NCBI GenBank assembly: GCA_032718475.1
Contig: JAUCBJ010004188.1
Coordinates: forward strand, 1-64,000
DNA: 64,000 bases
Origin: Nemertoderma westbladi
Taxonomy: Eukaryota; Animalia; Xenacoelomorpha
Direction of reading: 5' to 3'
Shown: one piece after another, positions 1-11,350 of the stretch
Position numbering within the stretch: position 1 is the stretch's first letter
Layout: every line of letters begins with the position of its first letter
Made by a program: the position numbers and the translations under genes
Notes under the pieces: model-generated
The model's database searches: none
The model's input: only the letters and a program-made list of their open reading frames with translations
What the model was told of the DNA's origin: nothing

Positions 1-124
1 GAACAATATAGTACAATATCAACTTTGACCTCTAATTTTCATTTAAAGTTGTAATATACTTTACCTGCATATTATTATTTATATTATTACATAGCCTGAT
101 AATAAATGAAGAATAATTTTTTAC

Positions 125-286
125 CTTCACATGTTTGACCATCGCCATGGTAACCCGCGGTACAGGCGCACTCTATACCGTTGGTTTCCAGTCTATCAGA
201 GCATGAAGCATGGGGTGAACAATAGGTTGAGGTCACATTGCAAAGCCCGTTGTGATCCATAATATAGTTCCCATTGCTTATTTCAT
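125..286 (-). CDS. Exon of host mucin/EGF gene encoding an EGF-like domain (gene continues beyond window start)
   Basis: 162 nt phase 1-1 exon with acceptor tttttag and donor gtaaaa. Translates DEISNGNYIMDHNGLCNVTSTYCSPHASCSDRLETNGIECACTAGYHGDGQTCE, with a six-Cys EGF pattern (CxCxxGYxGDGxxC). Confidence 0.9.
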
Positions 287-602
287 CTAAAAATCGATAT
301 AACCAAATTCGTGACGTCATTTTATAAGGGTTAATTCATGGGATTCCTATACTTATATATACCGTTACAATAATGAATTAAAATTTGGAGTCTTATAAAG
401 TTAATATTTAAATCAAACAATAATACGAAAGGTAATCTTTAAGGTTACGTTTAAAATTATTTAATGTAATTTATTATTAACTAATATTAAAAATTGTAAA
501 TCCATTAATAATAAATGAACTGACGAAATACTTATTCTGTTAAATTAGTAATCTACCCTGAAGTAGAAAAATTGGGATAGTACTTAAGTCATATCTGAAC
601 CT

Positions 603-1196
603 ATCTGAACCCAATCTGAATCGATAATAGGAAGACAGGTGAAAATTATTAATTTTTGCATTAAGAATTTTCAAATTTGAAGAAATTTTACATATCTTTT
701 TTCATATTTAAATTTGCCGGCAGCCGCATCACTACTGCTGTATTGGGGACTGCAGGTACTGCTTTGTTGTGCAGTCGTTCAGTCATTAACCTTATTATAG
801 CTCACCTCTACTGGTAGGCGGTATCCCAATTGACATTTACAGAACTACCGTAATGTACTGCCGTATATATGTGTCAGTATGTGGCCGGTTTAAATATATA
901 ACATATCTCCAGCTAAACCCCACCCTAACAAGACCTGATGCATACAATTGCATGCACCAGTCTGCCGATCACATAAACTATGCACGACTAAGGCTCAGCC
1001 CTCATGACCTATATCTGAAGATATCTCCGCATACCTCGTGAGCTCCGTTTGTGTTCCTGCGGTGAGATTGAGGTTGAGCAACATTTCCTCTGCACGTGCC
1101 CTTGATATGTAAAAGTTCTTCAAATTTCAAAATTGTTAATACAAAAATTAATAATTTTCACCCCTCTTTAAATTTCGATTCAGATTGGGTTCAGAT
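603..1196. mobile_element. MITE / foldback element with about 95 bp terminal inverted repeats
   Basis: 603-696 (atctgaacccaatctgaatcga...ttttacatatc) is an imperfect reverse complement of 1104-1196; no coding capacity. Confidence 0.75.
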
Positions 1197-1319
1197 TAAT
1201 TCTCGAGATTAGGTCCACATCATTGATATAACCACATCGTGTTTTTGAACGGCTCAACTCTTGACAAGAACTACCCTGGCCTATTAATAGGCAGGTTCGT
1301 TATTATTTTAATCACTCAC

Positions 1320-1349
1320 CAGAAGCAGTTATTGTTGTTTCTTCTTCGG
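1320..1349 (-). CDS. 30 nt micro-exon (AEEETTITAS) of host mucin/EGF gene
   Basis: Acceptor tttatttacag, donor gtgagt; phase 1-1, splices in frame to the EGF exon. Confidence 0.8.
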
Positions 1350-1514
1350 CTGTAAATAAAAAGGGAAAGCAAGTAAAGAATGCCACACAAGGCCTACTGG
1401 TATTACACACAGTATAACTGCATTTTTTCGCAAGGCATACCGGTACTACATACAGAACAAACAGTCGACTGGAAATCAGATCAAGAAGTGAACTAGAAAG
1501 TTTGAATTATCATA

Positions 1515-2080
1515 CTGGACCCAGTGGTCACAAGTATCATAATCACTAGAAAATCAAAAATATTTTTCTTTGGAAATATAGGTGCTCTTGCTCTGTACAA
1601 GACTGTAGTGCATTTACACTTCGACCCTTCTCCAGAGATCACTGCCTTATGTGGCCAAGGCAAGTCTCTACGCTAGCAGAACTTCGAAATCTGCCTTGTC
1701 ACGGCATGACTGTTCCTCTCTGCTGCAACAGCCCAGATTGAGTTCCATCTTCACACTACAGCTGAGCAATAGGTATGAGGTTCTTGCTTCTGAGGCAGCA
1801 GATCACTGCGAGAGCTATTCTGCCTTCACTGAAACAGTTAAGTTTGCACCTGCAGAAACAGTTCTTATAAACCCTCGAAACAGAAGAAACCCAGCTGTAC
1901 TGCCCACTGAATTTGGAAGTGCCGAGATGACCTCTCTAAGGCGCAGAAAGAGTCCATCCTGCTCAGATACACGAGGACAGCCAAGGATGTAATAATCCTG
2001 CATAGAGGTAGGTCAACAGGCAGTACTCTGATATTCTTAAGGAGCTTATCAAGGAGCATCTTAAGTTGATGCCATTATCA
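1515..2080 (+). mobile_element. Degenerate fragment of RTE family 2 (end of APE endonuclease and linker)
   Basis: Similar to the reverse complement of about 6130-6440 (SRHDxSSLLQQP...LQLSNRYE peptide shared with ORF 6112..7431). Confidence 0.75.
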
Positions 2081-2116
2081 ATGCCTCGATGGTTGCAAGG
2101 ACCATATTTTAGAATA

Positions 2117-5100
2117 TGTCTATTATGGATGCCCCTCTACCAGTGTTAGGTAACCTAACCCAGGAGGCACACTTGGTTCAAGGTGTAACAAAAGGACCCC
2201 TACCATCGGCAGCAGGGCTGTAGGTCATGGATAGGCAGAAGATATTCAAGCAAAGGCTAGCATGCTGGCAAGGTCCGCAGAAGGTATTCAACCAATGACG
2301 ACCTACTGTGAAGATGCTTGTATAAGTTGCGACCACACGCGGTTTACTCTCACAACTGAAAGATATGAGTATGAGAACCCTCCGGGAGAAATACCGGCTC
2401 AGTCATTGCCCGGGTCAACAAGGACCGCGTACCTCAGTTGTACACCAGGCTGGGGTCGATAAATCGGCTACTGGAACAGAAGACAGAGAAGAAAGAAGAA
2501 CCAACCTGTTAAAATGTAAAAAGACATTAAAGATTGCTACAATGAACGCACGCATGCTGAAAGCACATAGCAAACAGGGTGACATCGTCGCTCTGGCAAT
2601 GGCATATAACATCAACATCATCTGCATCCAAGAACATCGGATTTGTCATGAAGACACTGCTATGAATTACAATGACATTGGAAATGGATGGATGTTAGTA
2701 ACAAGCTCAGCAGTAAGAAACTCGGCCAATGCATCAATTGGTGGAGTAGGAATTCTGCTAACCCCATTTGCACTTAAGACCCTAAACAACATCAAATCTA
2801 TAAATTCCAGGGTTATGATCGCAACATTTGATGGGAATCCCAAGACAACAGTAATATGTTGCTACAGTCCAACCAATGCCTCAGAGCCAGAACAAGCAGT
2901 CAAGTTTTATGAAGATCTGACTGGACTTATAAAGGACATTCCGAAACGCAATGTTAAAGTCATTGCTGGTGACCTGAATGCGTTAAATTGGCCCTGAAGA
3001 CATCAAGGGTTATACCTATAACACCAGTTCTAACAGAAATGGGTACTTAATTTTAGACCTAATGGAAGAATGTGAATTGATACCAACAAACACCATATTC
3101 AAAAAGAGTAAGGGGAAGCTATGGACCTATCAATACCCTAATGGAACAAAAGCACAACTAGATTACATCCTTATAAACAAAAAGTGGAGAAACAGCATGA
3201 TCAACTGCGAGGCATACAGCTCATTCAACCTAATTGGTTTAGACCACAGAATTGTGACTGCAGAGATCAGACTCAGTTTGAGAGCCAGCAACCCCAGGAC
3301 AAGCACGCAAATCAACTATGACCGGGAGGAACTCAGAACTGACAATGCAGTAAAGGATGCTTATACAGTAGAAGTTCAAAACCGCTTTGAAGCACTTCAG
3401 TCAATGGATGAAGACCAGTCCACCGATTCAATATACCAGAATATAATAAAAGCCCACAAGGAATCCGCTAAGAGGCATATCCCCCAGAAACCCAAATGAA
3501 AACAGTATGTGCCATTGCAAAACTCCAAGGTAACTTGTAAAAGAGAAGATCTTAAGACAGCCTACAAAGTAAAAACCGAGCAAACAACAACCAAAAACAT
3601 TAACAAAGTTGAGAAAGCTAAGGACGATCCGAAATTGGCCTACAACATCAACCAGGAAAAGTACATACAGGATAAAATTGAAGTAATTACAACTGCTCAC
3701 ATACAGCAACAATCAAGACTTACGTTTCAAACTGTAAATAAGGTATCTGGTCGGAAAAGTTGTGCAAAGGGGTGCCCCAAAGCCGATAGTACTGAAGAAC
3801 GTGTTGGGAAGTGGAAAAATTATTTCAGCAACTTGCTTGGGCAGCCACCAAACATCGAGGTCAGCCCTATAGGGAAAATATATGACAAGACACTACCTAT
3901 AGAAACAGGGAACTTCACACCTGCCGAACCCCAAAGAATCATTAAAAGCATGTCTCTTAATAAAGCAAGTGGATTAGATGAAATCCCAGCGAAGGTATGG
4001 AAAACAGGAGTGCTAAATAGACCATTATTGAATGTTTGCAACCAGATGTTAAAAGGGGAAAAGCCTCCACCAATTTGGACTAATGGTCAACTAAAGCCTC
4101 TCCCCAAGAAAGGAGACCTCGGTATACCAACAAACTATCGCAGGATCTGTCTGCTTGTGGTAGCTGCCAAAATATACAATAAAAGGATTCTATGTAGGAT
4201 TAGGCCTCACATAGAGAAACTATTGCGTAAAAGCCAAAACGGATTTCGACCAAATAGATCAACAATAGCTCAGATACTTGCATTATGGAGACTGATTGAA
4301 GGAATTAAGTCAAAGAATCTCCCAGAAGTCATGTCTTTTGATGACTTCAAGAAGGCATTCAACTTGACTTGACTTATTGTTTTATTTAATAATTGTCGAT
4401 AAACATACCCTGCACCACTAAATAAACCAAAACAACACCCAAAAAAGGATATAAAAAAGAGACAGTGGGCAGTCCTACTCAATGGCGGGGCCAGCAAGAT
4501 AGCACAATTTGCTAGTAGGTGCTGTACCCCTTAAAATATAAAAAATTATATACAATACGTATTATAGTCATATACACGTATGAATCATAGTTTGATTTTA
4601 AAGTAAATGAATAGTATCCCAATGAAAATGGAACAAAATATAAAACAAACATATAAAACAAACAACCAAATATCACTTTCAATTAAAAAATTTGTACACA
4701 ATTGAGCGATTTAATACCGAATCTCTTTATTCACAAAAAAAAACCAATTAAACGTAATTTGTTACTTGACACCGCACACAGATAGTAACGGATAAGTCAC
4801 AGTAGGCCCTATGTAACATGACCCCGTGCCCGGGTAGTGATGGATAAGGATATGTAGCAAATTGATAAAATATAGTATGCCTTAAGTAACATGACCCCGT
4901 GTCCGGGTAGTGATGGATAAGTTACAGTAGGCCGTATGTAACATGACCCCGTGTCCGGGTAGAGATGGGTGAGTTACAAATGGATATGGATAAGTCACTC
5001 CATCCATAGAGGTAAAATGCTTGAAATCCTAAGGGCTTATGGAATGCCAGAAGTAATTTTTGCTGGCATTGGATTGTTATATTGTGACACAGAAGCACAG

Positions 5101-5820
5101 GTACTCTCACCAGATGGTGAAACTGAGTTTTTATCAATCCTGGCTGGCGTACTGCAAGGTGACACATTAGCACCTTTACTATTTGTAATTGCACTGGATT
5201 ACGCAATGAGGATGGCCACAAAGGGTAAAGATCTGGGATTGACACTTCAAGAACACAGAAGTATTAGATATCCGGCAACTACAGTCACAGACACCGACTT
5301 TGCAGATGACATCGCCCTGCTCTCTAATACACTAGCAGATGCACAGCTTCTACTAAATATAGTGGAGAGGACTGCTAAGGAGGTTTCGTGAATTTTAATG
5401 TTGATGGAAACTTCACAACCATTGATAATAATCAACTAAGGAAGGTCGACGACTTCCAGTACCTTGGATCATGGATAGAGAGTAGCAAAAAGGACATAGA
5501 AGTTAGGAAGGCAAAGGCTTGGGTAGATCTATCAAAAATGGATACCAACTGGAAATCAGATCTCTCCATGCACCTGAAGACTATGTTCTTTCGAGCCACA
5601 GTGGAAAGTGTATTTTTATACGGGGGTGAGACCTTGACACTGACAAAATCACTTCAACAACGAATTTATGGTTGTTACACAAGACTACTAAAGGCAGCCC
5701 TAAACATCAGCTGGAGACAACACATGATAAACGCCGAGCTTTATGGTACAATACCACCTGTATCAACCACCCACCGTGAACGCAGATTAAGATTCAGGGG
5801 GCACTGCTGGCGAAGTAAAG
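2117..5820 (+). mobile_element. RTE-clade non-LTR retrotransposon, family 1 copy A (APE + RT, frameshifted, interrupted, 3'-truncated)
   Basis: APE motifs CIQEHR, GGVG, CYSPT, IAGDLNA, QLDYI, DHR; RT motifs QNGFRP, FKKAF, GVLQGDTLAP, FADD, YLGS. ORF pieces at 2365-2997, 3062-3499, 3509-4372, 4969-5391 and 5388-5820. Confidence 0.93.
4362..4996 (-). mobile_element. About 630 bp insertion in the RT of RTE copy A; probable 3' end of a retroposon with an (AAGTC)n tail
   Basis: Splits KKAF|DSIHRG. The minus strand ends aataaaaacaataagtcaagtcaagt. Contains three copies of gtaacatgaccccgtgyccgggtagwgatgg (4813-4970). Confidence 0.6.
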
Positions 5821-7800
5821 GCACGATTGGTCTTAATGCTCTTTGCAGCAGCCTTCACTTCTGCAAAGGAGATATCGCCAATGGGAATATCTGGGAGTAC
5901 TGACTCAGACACTTTTACTTCTATAAAGTTATCAGGCAATACCCTGTCATTATTGAGGAGCTTTTCAAAGTGGGCTTTCCAACCATTGAGGCGATCGGCT
6001 GGTGATTCAGCCTTAACCTTGGTGGTTGGTTGGCTTTTCCACCCAGTAAGCAGATTGATCGATTTCCATGCCTGGGATGATTGCCTGCTGTCGTCAGCAT
6101 CATTGCTGGCATCAACCTTTGATGGCTTCTGTAAAGGCAGTATAGCCCTCACAGTGATCTGCCGCCTCAGAGGCAAGAGCCTCATACCTGTTGCTCAGCT
6201 GTAGTGTGAAGCTGGATCTCACACTTGGCTGTTGCAACAGAGAGGACCAGTCATGCCGCGGCAAGGCAGATTTCGTTGTTCTGCGAGCACGCAGACTAAG
6301 TCTTACCTTGGCCACAATAAGGCGGTGATCACTGGAGAAGGGTCGAAGTGTAAATGCATTACAGTCTTGTATAGAGCTCCTGTATTTCCTACGAAACAGA
6401 ATATGGTCTATCTGGGACTTGTGACCACTGGGTCCACTATGAGTCCATAGCTTTCCAGTTCGCTTCTTGAACTGGGTTCCAGCCGAAAACAATCCATTTC
6501 CAGAGATAAAATCCTGAAGATGGACAGAATTTCGGTTAACACTATTGCTATAGACCCAGGGCGATGTAGGTGATTGATGCAGACTTGCATTAAAGTCTCC
6601 CAGGCATGTTAAGAATGCATGCTGATCCACTCCATCAGTAGCTGCTTGTAGATTGTGGTAAAAATTTTCCACCTCCTCTACAGGGGCAACACTAGTTGGA
6701 GAGTAGCACACAATCAGAACCACCTTAGGAAACTTCTTAGGCAGTCTTCCAGAACATGAGAAGTGGCAACGGATGATGCGGTTAGAGATTTGGTCTATTT
6801 TGTCCAATGCTGCATGTGCAGTTGGATTCATCAATAGACCAATTCCACCATTGCCACTATCATCTGCAGACGCGAGGGCGAGTCGCCAACCGCCCCACAT
6901 GTCCTTAATCAGAACCTCATCAGTCTGTCCAGTCTGCATTCGGTGCTCTTGAACACCCACTGCGCTAAGAGAAAGCTTATCTGCCAAGGCAGTCAGCTCA
7001 CCTTGTCGCATTGGGGACCCGAGTGTTAGGGTGTTTACTGAGGCTAGTCTTGTGACTTGCCTCAGATTCACCAATGGCTTTGTTGGTCGGGGTGGAACAT
7101 GAGAGTAGCCTCCAACTTCAGAATCCCTCTCCCCATCACAATCTGGCCTTCCTGGTGACCCAGGGTTTGGGCCAGAAAGGTCATCAGGAAAGGGACTCAA
7201 AGAATTGTTGGCTGCTCTCTCTCCAGTAGGGGGTGAGACAGGCAGCCGGTCAGGAGTTAAATGACGCCTGTGAGGCCGATTGTGTCCGGTAATTCCACTG
7301 GCCTCTAGTGGCCGGACCTCCGCATTGCTAATGTAATCCATAGTGGGGGTTGGGGGGTGCTTTTTTGCCGAGTCAGCTCTCGGGGCAAATACCACACCCT
7401 GGTTTGCCATTCCACAGGGTGGGTGTCGCAATGGAGTCAGATATGAGGCCCATCACCCATATCTACTCTGGTGCACATGACCCACCATTGGCTGTTGCAG
7501 CTCATCTGCTGGGTCATGCCCTGTACCCTTGCTGCCAGGTGCAGGTCGCAGTGAAGTGCTCTCAGAGTGGACATGAGAACACTCTACTCCTGACCAGCCA
7601 TTGGTAGATCACCATCTGCCTGGTCAGGCCATATACCCCTGCAGCCAAGTATATGGGTCCTTAATCCAGGACCAAGGGCGTCCTTATCCCAGAACGAAGG
7701 GGGTCCTAGTTACAGGACCAGATTTGCCCTAGTAAGAGGGTCTATGCAGCTACAGGTGGCACCTCCTTTATGCTGCATGGAGGTGGCAAGTTTTCTTGAT
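5821..7800 (-). mobile_element. RTE-clade LINE family 2, 5' portion (5' UTR, APE, partial linker)
   Basis: ORF 6112..7431 has VGVQEHR, GGIG, CYSPT, LGDFNA, WTH, QIDHI and SDHR; ORF 5787..6185 has WKAHFEKLLN; RT is missing. Confidence 0.9.
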
Positions 7801-7861
7801 CAATGACCTAGAATACTTGACCTGACCTGGGTACCAAGTCCAGTTCCAAGTCAAGTTCCAG

Positions 7862-10845
7862 TACCAAGGTACTGGAAGTCATCGACCTTACTTAGTTGAT
7901 TATTATCAATGGTTGTCAAGTTTCCATCAACATTAAAGGTCATGAATTCGGTCTTTGTAGCATTTATATGCAATCCAACCTCCTTAGCAGCCCCCTCCAC
8001 TTTATTTAGTAGAAGCTGTGCATCTGCTAGCGTATTAGAAAGCAGGGCGATGTCATCCGCAAAGTCGGTGTCTGTGACTGTAGTTGCCGGATATCTTCTA
8101 CTTCTGCATTCTTGAAGTGTAAATCCCAGATCTTCACACCATTTGTGGCCATCCTCATTGCGTAATCCAGCACAATTACAAATAGTAATGGTGCTAATGT
8201 GTCACCTTGCAGTACGCCAGCCAGGATTGAGAAAAACTCAGTTTCACCATCTGGTGAGATAACGTGCATTTCTGTATCACAATATACCAATCCAATGCCA
8301 GCAACAATTACTTCTGGTATTCCATAAGCTCTTAGGATTTCAAGCATTTTCCCTCTATGGATGGAGTCGAATGCCTTCTTGAAGTCCACAAAAGTCATGA
8401 CTGCAGGGAGATTCTTTGACTTAATTCCTTCATACAGTCTCCGTAGTGCAAGTATCTGAGCTATTGTTGATCTTCTTGGTCGAAATCCGTTTTGGCTCTT
8501 ACGCAGTAGTTTCTCTATGTGAGGCATAATCCTATATAGAATCATTTTATTGTATATTTTGGCAGCTACCACAAGCAGACAGATCCCACGATAGTTTGTT
8601 GGTATGCCGAGATATCCTTTCTTGGGGAGAGGCTTTAGTTGACTTTTAGTCCAAATTGGTGGTGGCTTTTCCCCGTTTAACATCCGGTTGCAAACATTCA
8701 ATAATGGTCTGTTTAGCACTCCGGTTTTCCATACCTCCGCTGGGATTTCATATAATCCACTCGCTTTATTATTGGACATGCTTTTAATGCTTCTTTGGAG
8801 TTCGGCAGGTGTGAAGTCCCCTGTTTCTATAGGTAGTGTCTTGTCATATATTTTCCTTGTAGGGCTGACCTCGATGTTTGTTGGCTGCCCAAGCAAGTTG
8901 CTGAAGTGATTTTTCCACTTCCCAACACGTTCTTCAGGACTATCGGCTTTGAGGCGCCCATTTGCACAACTTTTCTGACCAGATACCTCATTTACAGTTT
9001 GCCAGGTAAGTCTTGATTGTTGCTGTATGTGAGCAGTTGTAATTGATTCAGTTTTATCCTGTATGTACTTTTCCTGGCTGATGTTGTAGGCCAATTTAAG
9101 ATCGTCCTTAGCTTTCTCAACCTTGTTAATGTTTTCAGTTGTTGGTTGTTCGGTTTTAACTTTGTAGGCTATCTTAAGATCTTCTCTCTTACAAGTAACC
9201 TCAGAGTTTTGCCATGGCACATACTATATTCGTTTAGGTTTCTGGGGATATGCCTCTTAGCTGATTCCTTGTGGGCTGTTATTATATTCTGGTATATTGA
9301 ATTGGTGGATTGGTCTTCATCCATTGACTGAAGTGCTTCAAAGCGGTTTTGAACTTCTACTGTATAAGCATCCTTTACAGCATTGTCAGTTCTGAGTTTC
9401 TCCCAGTCATATTTGATTTGCTTGCTTGTCCTCGGTTTGCTGGCTCTCAAACTGAGTCTGATCTCTGCAGTTACAATTCTGTGGTCCGAACCAATTAGGT
9501 TGAACGAGCTGTATGCCTCGCAGTTGATCATGCTGTTTCTCCACTTTTTGTTTAAAAGGATGTAATCCAGTTGCGCTTTGGTTCCATTAGGGCATAGAAT
9601 GGTCCATAGCTTCCCCTTACTCTTTTCGAATGTGTCGTTTGTTGGTATCAATTCACATTCTTCCATTAGGTCTAAAAGTAAGTACCCATTTCTGTTAGAA
9701 CTGGTGTTATAGGTGTAACCCTTGATGTCTTCTGGGCCAATTTGCGCATTCAGGTCACCAGCAATGACTTTAACATTGTGTTTCGGAATGTCCTTTATAA
9801 GTCCAGTCAGTTCTTCATAAAACTTGACTGCTTGTTCTGGCTCTGAGGCATTGGTTGGACTGTAGCAACATATAACTGTTGCATTGGGATTCCCACCAAA
9901 TGTTGCGATCATAACCCTGGAATTTATAGATTCGATGTTGTTTAGGGTCTTAAGTGCAAATGGGCTTAGCAGAATTCCTACTCCACCAATTGATGCATTG
10001 GCCGAGTTTCTTACTGCTGAGCTTGTTACTAACGTCCATCCATTTCCAATGTCATTGTACTTCATGGCAGTGTCTTCTTGACAAATCCGATGTTCTTGGA
10101 TGCAGATGATGTCGATGCTATATTCCATTGCCAGAGCGACCATGTCACCCTGTTTGATATGTGCTTTCAGCGTGCGTGCGTTCATTGAAGCAATCTTTAG
10201 TGTCTTTTTACATTTCAACAGGTTGGTTCTTATTTCTTCTCTGTCTTCTGTTCCAGTAGCCAATTTATCGACCCCAGCCTGGTGTACCACTGAGGGACGC
10301 AGTCCTTGTTGACCCAGGCGACGACCGGGTCGTTATTTCTCCTGGAGGGTTCTCATACTCATATCTTTCAGTTGCAGGAGTAAACCGCTTGTGGTCGCAA
10401 CTCCTGCCAGCGTCTTCGCAGTAGATCGCCGTTGGTTGATTACCTTCCGCCGACCTTGTCAGCATGTCTAGCCGTTGGTTGATTACCTTCCGCCTATCCA
10501 TGGCCTACAGCCCTGCTGCCGACTGTAGGGGTCCATTTGTTACACCGTGAACCAAGTGTGCCTCCTGGGTTAGGTTACCTAACACTGGTAGAGGAGCATC
10601 CAGTATAGACAGGGCGGGGCATGTATCATCTCTAATGCAGATGCGTATCAAGCCTTTGCCTTCAATGGTGCCCTAGGCGCTAAAGCACACAATGACTTAT
10701 TTATTTGACAGGGCTAAACCAACCCACTCTTGATCAACTAAATAATGAACAGGCTATGCTTATCGGGCCTGCCCTACTGGGCTGACAGCTACAGGTAGTA
10801 CCTCATTACTACCATAGTGGTAGCAGGATCTACTCGCGAAGCTGT
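7862..10845 (-). mobile_element. RTE family 1 copy B (apparently complete 5' end, 3'-truncated in RT)
   Basis: ORFs 9169..10290 (APE) and 8027..9220 (RT: DFKKAFDSIHR, GVLQGDTLAP) closely match copy A in inverted orientation. Confidence 0.93.
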
Positions 10846-10893
10846 AATTATTATAGTATATTTATTGTTGTATTTATAGTTATTTTTACTCAC

Positions 10894-10920
10894 CATAAGT
10901 AGTTGTTGTTGTTTCTTCGG
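10894..10920 (-). CDS. 27 nt micro-exon (AEETTTTTY), copy 3
   Basis: Acceptor ttatttacag, donor gtgagt; phase 1-1. Confidence 0.75.
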
Positions 10921-11290
10921 CTGTAAATAAGAAGATAAAGGTAGTAAATAGTAAATGTATGTCACAGAATGTCCGAGTGGATACTAACCGAGTGGATACT
11001 AACTGCTTGCTTACACAATAGCGTTAGGTGGAACAGGTTCGAAGTGGATACTAACTGCTTACACAATAGCTTTAGGTGGAACAGGTTCGAACTGTTGTTT
11101 CCGTATGACACTTTCGACGTTAGTACAATACAACTCGACTACTCTCAGCAATTCAGTTACATCGTGGCACAGTATGGATTCATATTTTGCATTTGGTTAC
11201 TAACCCAAAGGGTTAGTTAGTGTGTATGGATCAAGAAGGTGTAAGGAAGGGGGCCAGGGCAGGAACGTTTCCCTCAGGCAAATACTGGTT

Positions 11291-11350
11291 TTAAGTGGGG
11301 GTGGGGGGGGGGGGGGGGTTACACCATTTTGGTCCAAAATATGTAAAAAT
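11291..11350 (+). mobile_element. Terminal fragment of a TTAA/poly-G MITE (same family as 15129-15866)
   Basis: ttaa-G-run-ttacaccattttggtccaaaatatgt matches the reverse complement of 15800-15870. Confidence 0.55.

Noticed and set aside
65-95. Possible small exon downstream of the EGF exon
   Set aside because: It would need a 29 nt intron and gives an in-frame stop.
7724-7789. Canonical HDV-like, twister, pistol or hammerhead call for the RTE 5' motif
   Set aside because: Loop lengths and conserved residues did not fit any consensus by eye; kept only as a non-canonical candidate in findings.
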